NCBI GenBank assembly: GCA_002269645.1
Contig: NIVC01000696.1
Coordinates: 186,001 to 250,000, forward strand
From: Macrostomum lignano
Taxonomy: Eukaryota
Reading direction: 5' to 3'
Length of the DNA stretch: 64,000 nt
Positions within the stretch are counted from its first letter, which is position 1; each line of letters opens with the position of its first letter. Below, piece by piece: positions 15,122 through 26,767 of the stretch. The position numbers were made by a program, and so were the translations under genes. Below the pieces are notes generated by a model. The model had not been told where the DNA came from. It did no database searches and worked only from the letters and a program-made list of their open reading frames with translations.

Positions 15122-15484
15122 GTGCGCTACCGATCAGCTGACGACTCGTCAGAGCTGTACCCGGGAGCTGATGCAGGCTCAATCGATGGCCTGTGGTCGA
15201 AGCTTCAGTCTCTGTCCAATACGGTCAATCGGTCAATCGATGCCGTCAAATCTGCGTGGCAGTCTCACTTTGCTAATTCCTTCTGCGTATTGGCCAACTC
15301 GGGGCCACCGCCGAGAGGCATGAGCTGCCGCACCATTTCATTCGTGATCCCGAAGAAGTCGCTTCGAAAGGGACGATTTCTAAATCGGCAAGTCCGGGTC
15401 GGCACGGGCACTGCGGGGCAGAACCTGTTCGAGCCGATTGGGGGCGACTTTTACCGCTTCCAGCTGCGCGGCTGCTGCCAGTGA
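15122..15484 (+). CDS. Secreted protein, probable terminal exon with a small Cys-containing C-terminal domain
   Basis: Acceptor tttccactttgtag| at 15121, phase 0. Reads VRYRSADD...SFCVLANSGPPPRGM...FQLRGCCQ*. Confidence 0.65.
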   Translation: MRYRSADDSSELYPGADAGSIDGLWSKLQSLSNTVNRSIDAVKSAWQSHFANSFCVLANSGPPPRGMSCRTISFVIPKKSLRKGRFLNRQVRVGTGTAGQNLFEPIGGDFYRFQLRGCCQ

Positions 15485-16441
15485 GCCCAGCCGGGGGTTC
15501 GAGACCGCGAGTTGACAAAATACGGTTTTAACTGCTCTCAGCCCAGTGAATTCTTATGATAAATCTGTTGTTGCTTTGCTAGCCTGTAGTGTGCATGCGT
15601 GAGCTACTTCTGACTATTCAAGAAATACTACTTCAAATAGCTAATAAAAAGACGCTATTCGAGCACCTAATATTCGGCTTAAAGTCGCAACCGAGCTGTC
15701 ACAACGACATGAACTCAATTAGTCGCTACAATAGCGATTTTTGCTTCAATTTGATAGCCTTAATGATGCTTCTAAGCCAGGCGAATTGAGGAATAAATAC
15801 CATTGATTCAGATCGAAAGATGGCGGAACGATTCAAGGTTTCATGATTCAAAGCTGTCTTGTACGTTTCAATAACATCCATTTAGATTTTTTTCAAATAA
15901 GATTTCAGTTGAGCCTAAAGAATCATGATTAGCTCAAGCCCTGCTGCTTCCCTGACCGTAGAGACCGGCACACCTATACTTCACAGAGTCAGTTGAGCAA
16001 TCATTGGGCTAAGCTTGCAATGACAGGACATAGCTTGTTGTTAAAGTCTGTCATTAAGCTGGCCGTCTACACAGGTAGTACATGTAAGCTGACTACGTAA
16101 CATTTTTAGATTAGCTACTCAGAGCTGGGGGCTATTTTCGCTGCTGCAACATGGCATCTCCAAGCAGAGGAAGGCCGCAACAATGTCGGCGCCGGACTTC
16201 CGAACCTGTCAAACCAATAAAGTCTCACGAAAGCTTCTTTAAGGAAGAGCTTATTCAACTCAAATTATTTAGTCTTTATTAACTGACATCCATTTTCAGG
16301 TTTTGAATGTCACAGTACGTTTGTAGTTTATATATTAGTTTTTAAGTTGGTGCTCTACTGTGACAAAGCCCAACATCGAATGCTAAATCTGGGCCCGGTA
16401 AGCAGCCCGACAGCCATAGCAGTTTTATTTCTCCCATCGAC

Positions 16442-16682
16442 TCAGCCAAGAAAGCCCGGGACGTGACGTGAGCCGCGACTGGTAGCACGGATTGAGTCTT
16501 CCTCAAACTGGATGTCAGCCAGATCCAGTTGCTGGCCAAAGATGTCCGTGCCGGGTGTCCGCTTGGCCGGGGCGGCTGGCTGTGCCGAAGGAATCGGGTA
16601 TCGACAACTGCAGGCAGTCTCCAAGGGCGGGAGTCCGCTATGGCAGACACTGAGATCGGAGAGTGCACGGGTTAGAGTGAGT
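16442..16682 (-). CDS. PLAC8-like protein, terminal exon
   Basis: Acceptor acttctcag| at 16683. The phase-2 join gives CFCC-P-LTLTRALSDL. Stop at 16442, AATAAA about 160 bp downstream. Confidence 0.55.
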
Positions 16683-16691
16683 CTGAGAAGT

Positions 16692-17519
<828 letters not shown>

Positions 17520-17545
17520 ACAGCACCAATAATTCAGTTACTCAC

Positions 17546-17630
17546 GGACAGCAAAAGCACACAAGATGCGCAGTGCAAGCTGAACAGAAGCCATTATTGA
17601 TAATGCCAATTGAGAAACGCTTTCTGAGCT
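17546..17630 (-). CDS. PLAC8-like protein, internal exon
   Basis: cttctgcag|AG CTC AGA...TGT CC|gtgagt. Encodes LRKRFSIGIINNGFCSACTAHLVCFCC, resembling the PLAC8 R.(K/R)(Y/F).I...C..C..H..CC.. motif. Confidence 0.55.
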
Positions 17631-18009
17631 CTGCAGAAGTATTGGACTATGCAGACTGGGAACTGGATTTAAGGGAGTTACTTTTTTAAAGCTGAACCAC
17701 GGAACCAATGTCTTCGTTTCCAGCCGATTTCTCTGCCCCAAATAGAAATTCAGGAGTTCTAACTTTTTAAGTTAATCCAGACTAAAAGCCGAAAATCAGC
17801 CCTGAAAGCTTTTGACACTTATTTGATCCTTAGTGCCACCCCCTTTAATCCATTTCACTGCACATGTAGAGTGCCTACATGAGATCTAATCAAGGGATAA
17901 TTTCCGAGCTGCAGCAACATTTAAGCCAGCTTTAACCTAAGAGATCGAATGCGATCCATGACAGAACTTTTCTAAGCTCAAATTTACTACTAAATCGATC
18001 GAAGCGACT

Positions 18010-19040
18010 CACTCTCCATATTCTCCGCTGCCATAGACATCACCCTTCATATTCTCCGCTGCCATAGACAGCACTCTCCATATTCTCCGATGCCATAGAC
18101 ATCACCCTTCATATTCTCCGCTGCCATAGACATCACTCTTCATATTCTCCGCTGCCATAGACATCACCCTTCATATTCTCCGCTGCCATAGACAGCACTC
18201 TCCATATTCTCCGATGCCATAGACAGCACTCTCCATATTCTCCGATGCCATAGACAGCACTCTCCATATTCTCCGCTGCCATAGACAGCTCTCTCCATAT
18301 TCTCCGCTGCCATAGACAGCACTCTCCATATTCTCCGCTGCCATAGACATCACTCTCCATATTCTCCGCTGCCATAGACAGCACTCTCCATATTCTCCGA
18401 TGCCATAGACAGCACTCTCCATATTCTCCGATGCCATAGACAGCACTCTCCATATTCTCCGATGCCATAGACAGCACTCTCCATATTCTCCGATGCCATA
18501 GACAGCACTCTCCATATTCTCCGCTGCCATAGACAGCTCTCTCCATATTCTCCGCTGCCATAGACAGCTCTCTCCATATTCTCCGCTGCCATAGACAGCA
18601 CTCTCCATATTCTCCGCTGCCATAGACAGCTCTCTCCATATTCTCCGCTGCCATAGACATCACTCTCCATATTCTCCGCTGCCATAGACAGCACTCTCCA
18701 TATTCTCTGCTGCCATAGACATCACTCTCCATATTCTCCGCTGCCATAGACAGCACTCTCCATATTCTCCGATGCCATAGACAGCACTCTCCATATTCTC
18801 CGATGCCATAGACAGCACTCTCCATATTCTCCGATGCCATAGACAGCACTCTCCATATTCTCCGATGCCATAGACAGCACTCTCCATATTCTCCGCTGCC
18901 ATAGACAGCTCTCTCCATATTCTCCGCTGCCATAGACAGCACTCTCCATATTCTCCGCTGCCATAGACAGCTCTCTCCATATTCTCCGCTGCCATAGACA
19001 TCACTCTCCATATTCTCCGCTGCCATAGACAGCGCTCTCC
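18010..19040. repeat. 31-bp minisatellite (gagagtgctgtctatggcagcggagaatatg on -), about 33 copies
   Basis: 31-bp period. It explains ORFs 18133..19095 and neighbours. The - strand end of the array runs into a GTGAGT donor. Confidence 0.93.
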
Positions 19041-19499
19041 TTGATTCGCGGCAGTGCCCACAGCCTTTTGCGTTCTGACGAGCGTTTTGAAGCATTCAAT
19101 AAATGAGTTACCAGAAGGCAAGATTCGAACCACCGACCCACGGCATCCAGAGGGCAAAAGCGTTGTATTAATATCTTGGCGGAATCAGCTATACGTACTC
19201 AAGACTCAAAGACTTCTCAAAAAGTTTTGAATTCATTGGTGACTATTTAACTGTTTAATTCAACTTTAATCCAGGATTTACCGCGCGAGTTTTCGAGTTA
19301 AAAGAACTACAGATGAGCATTCATGTAGAAAATCTGTCAACTACTACTTATAGTAATCGAATAAAAATGTGATTAAGCCAGTCGCCAATTAATATACAAA
19401 ATAAATCTAGTCCATATGCTCAAAAATCGAATCGCAAAATATGAAAATTCGACAGTTTAAGAATATTGAACTGCATGGGATTTAAAAACGTATTAACCA

Positions 19500-19825
19500 T
19501 TCTAGACAAGATATCGAATACATCGAAGCATCAAGGCATTAAAGCATCAATAAATTATATCATCGAGGCATCCAAGCATCAAATCATCAAGGCATCAAGG
19601 CATCAAAGCAATAAAGTACTAAAAAATCAAGGCAACAAGGTATCAAGGCCTCATGGCATTTAAACATCAAGTAATTATAGCATCAAGGCATCCAAGCATC
19701 AAAACATCAAATCATCAAATCATCAAGGCATTAAGGCATCATAGGATCAAAGCATCAAATCATCAAAGCATCAAATCATCAAAGCATCAAAGCATCAAAT
19801 CACCAAGTCATCAAAGCATCAAGGC
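19500..19825. repeat. Degenerate catcaa(g/a) repeat immediately 3' of the MCTP stop
   Basis: Repeated gcatcaa/catcaag words. Confidence 0.8.
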
Positions 19826-21423
19826 GGAGGCAGAGGCTTCGTTCGCTCCAAATCTACATCGGACGGCACCCGGGACAGCAGATTGAGCAGCTCGTTGCTG
19901 TCATCGGCGCCAGGCCGGAGCAGCTTCTTGCTGAACTTGTTGACGCCCCAGGCCAGCGCCAGCAGCCGCAGCGGCAGCAGGCCGAGGGCCAGCGAGGCGG
20001 CTGCGAGCAGCGCGACGGCCAGGCAGGAGATGCGGGGCTCCCGCCACCCAGCCAGATTGCGCAGCCGCTCAGCGCTGGAGGCCGCAACATCCAGGCCGTC
20101 TTGAAGTCGCAGCAGCAGATCCTGAGCGGCTCTGGCTCGCTGCAACCAGGACAGGTCATCGGTGTCCGCTTCATCATCCACTCCTGCCGCGGCAGCCGAT
20201 TCGTCTACCGAAAAGTCGGCTTTGCCACCGCTGGGATCGACTGCAGTTTGCACCATCGGCCTGTCCTCAGCCGGCTGGCAGAGCCGGGCCAGCCAGTTGA
20301 GGAGAAGCAGAGCCAGGGGAGCCAGCGGCAGCATGAAGGGCTGCAGGTTCCACACAATGGCAACGTAGCTGGCCAGGGCAGCGGCGCTCCGGGCCGGGTC
20401 CTCCCACTGGAAGCAGCTGTTGGCGAAGGCGCCAACCCGGGCGGTGGTCTCGATGAAGGCGGCGCACCGTCGGGCGTCTCGGCGCACCAGGCGGAGCCTC
20501 AGCTTCGCCTCCGGCCGATCGCGCAGTTGCGGCTGCCGCGGCCCGATGGCACGCACGGCGACGCCGATCCAGCTGTACCGAAGCCGCGTCTCCAGCCTGA
20601 GCCGGCCGCCCGTCCAGGCCTCCAGACGCTTGTCCTTCAGGCCGTGCCAGCTCGACCGGCTGCCGCGAGCATCGGCGCCATCCAGCAGCTGCGGCAGGCG
20701 GAGCGCCAACCGGCCCAGCAGAACCGGCTGCTGCTGCTGCCGCTTGGCCTCCTCAAAGACGGCCACCTGCAGCTCGGAGTGGAGGTCGCGCACGCGAAAT
20801 CTCAGCTCCCGACTGCGGCCGCTGGTCTCAGCCAGTCGGGCGCTGAGCTGCGAGTTGCCCAGCCGCACCGTGCAGAATGCGCCAGCGGCCGAGTTCGCGC
20901 CAGCTCCGGGCTTCAGCAGCTCCACCGCTGCCACGCGAACTCCGAGGCAGCCGATGGCACCGTCGCCCCCGAAGTCATCGTCGAAGTCGTATTCGTCTTT
21001 GTCGCCCCCTGCGTCGGCAAGGCTCGGCAGCAAATCGAGGGTCAGCCGAACTGCCGGCCCGCCAGCCGGATGGTCCAACAGCGGCGCCACGATGAGGTCG
21101 CCGCCCCATCGCGACTCGGCTGGCAGCAGCGGGACTCGCGCTCGGCCCAGCAGGATGTCCTGGCTGGTGAGGTGGCGCTCGTACACTGCCACGTCAAGCT
21201 GGCGATGCCTGGCCGAAAGCGGCAGCGGCATGCGCAGGTCCTCGTCCCAGCCGTGGCCGCGGTGGGCGAGGCGGCTGCGGCAAATCTGTTCGCCCAGCTG
21301 CAGCTGAGCATAGAGCGGGCGATTCGACAGCGTCGAGTCATCGGCCAAGTCTGGCCCGCAGCTACTGCTGCTGGTGGTGGTCAGGCCGACAATGTCGATG
21401 AGGCCGACATTGACTATGGACTC
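19819..21423 (-). CDS. MCTP: MCTP exon 3 (C2B, C2C, transmembrane/PRT_C region)
   Basis: Acceptor ccaattcag|GAG. Contains LDVAVYERH..QDILLGR, FRVRDLHSELQVAVF, FANSCFQWE, RLRNLAGWREPRISCLA, LAWGVNKFSKKL and LLSRVPSD, all typical of MCTP. Confidence 0.9.
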   Translation of the reverse strand, partial: ESIVNVGLIDIVGLTTTSSSSCGPDLADDSTLSNRPLYAQLQLGEQICRSRLAHRGHGWDEDLRMPLPLSARHRQLDVAVYERHLTSQDILLGRARVPLLPAESRWGGDLIVAPLLDHPAGGPAVRLTLDLLPSLADAGGDKDEYDFDDDFGGDGAIGCLGVRVAAVELLKPGAGANSAAGAFCTVRLGNSQLSARLAETSGRSRELRFRVRDLHSELQVAVFEEAKRQQQQPVLLGRLALRLPQLLDGADARGSRSSWHGLKDKRLEAWTGGRLRLETRLRYSWIGVAVRAIGPRQPQLRDRPEAKLRLRLVRRDARRCAAFIETTARVGAFANSCFQWEDPARSAAALASYVAIVWNLQPFMLPLAPLALLLLNWLARLCQPAEDRPMVQTAVDPSGGKADFSVDESAAAAGVDDEADTDDLSWLQRARAAQDLLLRLQDGLDVAASSAERLRNLAGWREPRISCLAVALLAAASLALGLLPLRLLALAWGVNKFSKKLLRPGADDSNELLNLLSRVPSDVDLERTKPLPPP

Positions 21424-21783
21424 CTGAATTGGCGCAAATGGGGAGGGGCGTTTCGGGTGCGGAGCTGTAACCGGGTTCCATTCCAGGTCTCTGGCCATAT
21501 AGTCAAGGACTAAATGTGTTTAGATTACGCAGATAAAATTTTGGGGAAAAATGTCTATAAAGAATCGAAACTACTTGTAGTAGTGTCGCCCTTGATTCGA
21601 AAATCGCAGATTTATACTAGTTAAAGTAGAGCTAGTCTGAAGTCTGTCTCGTCAGTTGCCTCCCGTGAATTGAGATTGGGGGAGGGGGGCACTGACCTCC
21701 CGACATTTAAGATTAATGCATAGAGTGCTTCAGGGTGTACAGTGGCTGCAGCTGAGCACCTGACGACTACTCCAGCTACCAAC

Positions 21784-22050
21784 CTGCATCTGCGCCGGCT
21801 TTGTCGCAGCATTAACGGCAGCCGGTAGGAGCGCAGCCGTGAACTGCAAGTCGCCCATGCAGGCCTCGGCGGCCTGTCCGGTTTCGTCAGCCAGCGGCAG
21901 GCGAAGGCTGAGCTGCTGCTGGCCGGGGCGTAGGGCCGCCAGAGGCAGCAGGCAGCGGCCCATGTAGTCGTCGCGAATGCTCAGCAAGTCTCGATCGTAC
22001 ACCCGCAGCTCCAGCTCGCCAGTCAGGTTGTCGATCGCGAAATTGAATTC
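21784..22050 (-). CDS. MCTP: MCTP exon 2 (second half of C2A)
   Basis: tttttttag|GAA; EFNFAIDNLTGELELRVYDRDLLSIRDDYMGR; donor CAG|GTTGGT. Confidence 0.85.
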
Positions 22051-22104
22051 CTAAAAAAATGGTCATTTTGTTTTTGTGTTCAATTGTTATGCTCTCTTAG
22101 CCGA

Positions 22105-22378
22105 CTGTTGTTGTTGTTGTTGTTGTTGTTGTAGTTGTTGTTGTTGTAGTTGTTGTTGTTGTTGTTGTTGTTGTTTTTGCCGTTGTTTTTATTTTTGTTG
22201 TTTCCGTTTTGATGCTGTTGCTGTTGTCGTTTGTTTCGGTTGTTGTTTGATATTTGTTGTTGTTGTTTATTTTTTAATTGTTACTTTTGCTGTTTTAGTT
22301 TTAGTTTTCTGTTTTCTGTTGTTGTTGTTGTTGTTGTTGTTAGTGGTGATGTTGCTTTTTGCTGTTGCTGCTGTTGCG
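22105..22378. repeat. (TTG)n-rich microsatellite in MCTP intron 1
   Basis: Read directly. Confidence 0.9.
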
Positions 22379-22464
22379 ATCAAAGAGAATTAGCAAAACA
22401 ACTAAACAATGAAATAAACAGGAGACTGTACAAAACAACAATCATCTAGAGCAAGGAAACTCGC

Positions 22465-22632
22465 CTCATCCCAAACGGGCTCAAGGCACTGGTTAATGAC
22501 CCTGCTCCTGCCCAGCTGCTTGTCAGCCAGGCGGAACAGCACGTATGGATCGCTGCTGCCTGTCGAATCCCGGACGACCAGGCCGCTACCTCGGATGAGG
22601 CGAAGATGCAGTCGATAAGAAGCTGGATCCAT
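22465..22632 (-). CDS. MCTP: MCTP exon 1 (first half of C2A), ending at a GC donor
   Basis: MDPASYRLHLRLIRGSGLVVRDSTGSSDPYV...LEPVWDE|gcgagt. The start codon is uncertain; upstream exons are possible. Confidence 0.8.
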
Positions 22633-23727
22633 TGCAGGCAGATTGCAGAGGTGCAAAGTTCAATTTCAGAAGGTTGCGTGTGATGATAGGCAGCGGTTGA
22701 GGGCAAGGCGCTGGTTTTATGTCAGCTTTGTACAGATCAGCGTATTGCGAGATTTAAATGTACACTTAAATATCTCAGCTCTGCTGATTGGCCAGCTTAG
22801 TTCTGTGCTGTACATTGCCTGCTAGGACTTCAATGTACTTCACGCATGCAATTATTTGAGTGGTGGGTACAAGGAGAGTCTTTAATTATTTTGTCTAATT
22901 GGAGCCCGATCGATGGTCTAATTGCTGTGTCTAGTAGAGGTTGAGGTACCCGACCGTATTTATCAATTATAGGTTTATCAGTATCGTTTTAAGCTCGATC
23001 TAAGAAAAAGTCAGCACGACCTCATGGCATTATTTCGATTTACTTGCTGCCTTGAAATTCGATGCATCATTTTTATTGCGTCTGACAGTAGCGTTCATAC
23101 AAGCGTCATTAAAATTATCCTAAGCGTTTTGAAGTGAAGCAATTAACAATGTCCATCAAGCCCAGCCCAGTTCCTTTGTTAACAAATAATTAATTAGACG
23201 CAAAGATGAAGAGGCAATTTTCGTGCTTGTGTGTACAAAAATGTAGCTAGGGTTCTCTCTCTCTCTCTCCCTCTCTAACAGTTGCAGCGTATTTCCTGTC
23301 GAATTGGGCCCGCTCTGATGTGCCATCACTGTTTCTACAGACGGCTTGAGTCCACAGAGCTGAAGCAAACTCGTGCGCTCTCTCCCGCTTGCCCAGCCTG
23401 CTCAATTCTCAGTCCTCTCTGTCTGAGCCTCTCTCTCTCTCTCTCTCTCTCAGCTTGGATACGAGCATCTATTGTCTGTCCCCACCCTAGAGATTAGACC
23501 TGCGCGGCAAGTGCCTATGCGGGACTCTGCGCTAACGTGTGGGTTGCCAACCCACACATCTACGAACGTATTTTAGCTCCAGCCACGCGCAGAAAGTCTG
23601 CCTTCTCCAGCTAAGTAAGCGCCGTATTTTTGTTAGACAAAACTTGTTATTCTGTCGGCAAGAGTTACGTTGAACAAGCGTCAGGCTTGTAAAGTTGAAC
23701 AAGAGTCGGGGAGCCTCACAGCCAGCC

Positions 23728-24264
23728 ATGCCTGCGGTCACAACGCTGGCATTTTATCGCGAGCCGCAGACGGTGGACAGTTTTCTGCGCGAGCGTCCGA
23801 AATCGCTGCTGGCTTTGCGCGCCGCTTGTCGCCAGGAGATCGACGCTGTGCTGGTCGTCCTCAGAGAGATCGAGCTGGACTACCTGCACCCGCACGAAAC
23901 TCAGGAGGACTTCATCAGGGAGAATCTGTTCACCTTCAAGCGGCTGATGATGGCTGGCGGAATTCGCGAGATACGCAAAACTTTCGACATCGAGAACATG
24001 ATGGAGTCGCTCAACAGCCTGGGCACCGAGTCCATCAAGTACACCGAGTCGATGCAGAAAGTCAGGCAGCTGCAAAAGCACGTTGGTGATTTCCTACCTG
24101 AGAAGTTTACCCCATTCAATGAGCGGCTTACAAAGGTGATGCAGTGCCTGAGAAAGTACTGCCTCAGCTTCTACAGGGGCACAACGCAGAGATCGCCGGA
24201 CAAATATCTGGACACGCCTTTCAAGTACGAGCAGAAGAGGCTGGAGCTGACCACCCGGATGCAG
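23728..24264 (+). CDS. Coiled-coil/death-domain protein, exon 1
   Basis: GC3-rich ORF from MPAVTTLAFY; donor CAG|GTAGGC, phase 0. Confidence 0.75.
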
Positions 24265-24489
24265 GTAGGCGCCACTGTGATACAAGTACAAGCCTAGCAA
24301 CTTCTATACTGTACATGACTTTGCCATTGACTTGCTGACTTTCTGCACGGTCTGACAGGTCAAGATGGATCATGGTGCTGCTTCGAATTCTTATTTCAGC
24401 TCCGCATATCAGTAGAGAACTTTATCGTTCGAAACATCATCTATTACTGATGGATACTATATACAGAAGTAGTATAAGTGTATAGTGTA

Positions 24490-24808
24490 CTTGCCGGATG
24501 GCGGTGGGCATCCTGGTGCAACGCCTTCGGCGACATCGCCCCACACAGCCAGCGCTGAGGCAATTCTGCCCATTCCGCTGACTCCTGAGCAAATGTAAAC
24601 GCGCCAACGGCCCAGATTTTCTAATCGTCAGGCATGTACACTCTGTGTGCCTTGGCGGTTGGCCCTCATGGGAGTGAATCGCACGACAACCTCAGTCCAT
24701 TGACCAATTTCCGTACCCAAGCCCCAGATGAATGCGGCCGCGCACAGAATCGAACAAGGGGATCGTGGCGCGAGAGTCAGGCGCGTTCACCTCTGAGCTA
24801 CTTTGCCC
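24490..24808 (-). mobile_element. tRNA-headed SINE, copy 1
   Basis: - strand head GGGCAAAGTAGCTCAGAGG (A box) ... GTTCGATTC (B box), plus core and tail shared with the copies at 45.5 kb and 59 kb. Confidence 0.75.
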
Positions 24809-25194
24809 TTCAGAAGATAGTGAGCATCAAGTATGAGCAGTAGTCAAGTTGCAGCCTCAAAAGGATCCTAACGCACATTTATGGTGAAACATTTATTTTG
24901 AAGTACGAGGTAAATAGTCAGTCTCCAATAAAACACAAAATGCGTCCCTACCAAAGTAGTTCGCAGACGACTTAATGTCAATAAGCAAACAGAACCACAT
25001 CCTGAGTCACGATGTCGGGTGACAGCCTACCTACTTACTTAAGTAGTATGAAGCACAACCATTCAACTATATACGAAATACGAATTTGTGAAATAAAATT
25101 CCGGCCTATTCCTACGGTTCGCTCATTGCAGAAAATCATCATGGGCCTAACGGAGAAATTTTTCGTATTCGGCTCTGTCGGCCTCGGGCTTCAG

Positions 25195-26035
25195 GGCTTT
25201 TCCTACAACGTGCAGCAGCTGGCCAGGCGGGTCGGTTGCGGAGAAATCTCGTTACTTCTGCTGCTGCCCGAGGCCTGCGAGCAGGTGCGCGAGGCCTGTC
25301 AGCTACTGAACAATTGGATCGAATTAGACAAAGAGTACGTTGAGAACCTCGGCAACGACTTGGTTGGCATCGAGCTGGAGCAGTCGTCAGCATCGCGCAA
25401 ATACCAGGAGGAGTACACCAAGATGGTGCAGCTCAAGCACCGACAGGCTGCCATTTTGAAGAGAATCGACGCGTACGAGAAGGAGCTGCCCGACTTCCAG
25501 CAGAAAAAGAAGCACGTGGGCCGGCGGCACCACCTGGCTTTGGTGGAGATGAAGAAGTGCGAGTACCATCTGCACCGGGCCAAAACGGTGCTAGGCGACA
25601 TCAAGAGGCACCCGGAGACTTTCTTCACCGAGGAGGAGATGCAGCGAGCAAAGCTGGAGAGCACGCTGGAACTGAAAAGACAGAAGACAATTTTTCCTAA
25701 GATCAGCAAGAAGGTTGAGATCACTGAGTCCATAGTGAAGCACTGCGCGCAGCGGGACTCGGAACACGAGGCCGACAAGCGGGCCGCCATGGAGCTGCAG
25801 TTCCAAATCGACAAGTCGTCCCGAATCGTTGCCGCACTGCAGGAGAAGCTGGAACGGAGCACCAGATACGAGAAGGTGCTGCGCCACATCTTCACACTGA
25901 AACAGTCTCCGTCTTCTATGAAGAAGATTTTTCACAACCTTCAAATGGACGACCGACTGCAGAACAGCCTCATCAAGGAGCGGTCGGTCAGTCCAACCCT
26001 AATGCTGGCTCCTGAAATCGAGGAGTACACTCTGG
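25195..26035 (+). CDS. Coiled-coil/death-domain protein, exon 2 (charged coiled coil)
   Basis: Acceptor gggcttcag|GGC in phase 0; E/K/R-rich helical sequence; donor G|GTGAGT. Confidence 0.75.
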
Positions 26036-26149
26036 GTGAGTTAGCGAAGCACTGCGTCTGAGTGTTTTTCAATGCTTTCACAACGGAAAGTTGCAATTTG
26101 GTTAGATGCAGACTTGAAGTCTGTTGTCCAGAAAATTGTTTGGACTTTG

Positions 26150-26400
26150 TACTTCAGAAAGTTGGCATCTACATGTTGATGGTTGCAGTCCGTAAAGTAC
26201 GTTGCAGTCCATAAGGTTGCAGTCTGAAATCGCAATCCAAAAGGTTGCAGTCCGAAAGATTGCAGCCTGTGTGGTTGAAATCCAAAGGGTTGGAATCCGA
26301 AAGGTTGAACTCCGAAAGGTTGCAATTTCTGTAGGTTGCAGTATGTGAGGTTGAAGTCTGTGACGTTGCAGTCCGAAAGGTTGCAACGAAAGTCACGAAA
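26150..26400. repeat. Degenerate ~15-bp repeat (ggttgcagtccgaaa) in intron 2
   Basis: Repeated gttgcagtc/ccgaaag words. Confidence 0.7.
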
Positions 26401-26483
26401 GTGAGGATTTAAATACAGAGTATCATCGCTGCAGTGCTCTTGTCGCAAACAATGATTATGACTCCCGGTTTTCCACTTGTCAG

Positions 26484-26626
26484 GCAATCCAATCCAAATG
26501 GCCTGCCGCGTCGTGGCCAAGGCAATCGAGCAGGACTGGTTCCGGCTCTACTTCCAGCTGCCGTTCTATCCGCCTCGTGGCCAGGTGGACCTGGACGCTG
26601 ACGTGGATCGGATCAACAAGCGCCTG
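26484..26626 (+). CDS. Coiled-coil/death-domain protein, exon 3 (first half of death domain)
   Basis: ttccacttgtcag|GC...CTG|gtaagc; reads ACRVVAKAIEQDWFRLYFQLPF. Confidence 0.8.
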
Positions 26627-26767
26627 GTAAGCCGCAACTGTTCTCTCATTGAATGCTTTCTTAGAAGAACCTTTTAGCAATATATTGCTAGTAGCAAGAT
26701 TACTAGATCCAGCAGTTTGCTTAATGTTTTGGCTTAAATTCACACATGTACATGTACTTACATGTAG

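Noticed and set aside
14838-15323. 161-aa + strand ORF
   Set aside because: Spans the predicted intron and overlaps the terminal exon in another frame; no recognisable motifs.
18010-19040. Possible CRISPR-like arrays (also 29.0-30.2, 57.7-58.3 and 62.0-63.2 kb)
   Set aside because: Head-to-tail units with no unique spacers, eukaryotic context and no cas genes.
20101-21513. 470-aa + strand ORF
   Set aside because: Antisense shadow of the GC-rich MCTP exon.
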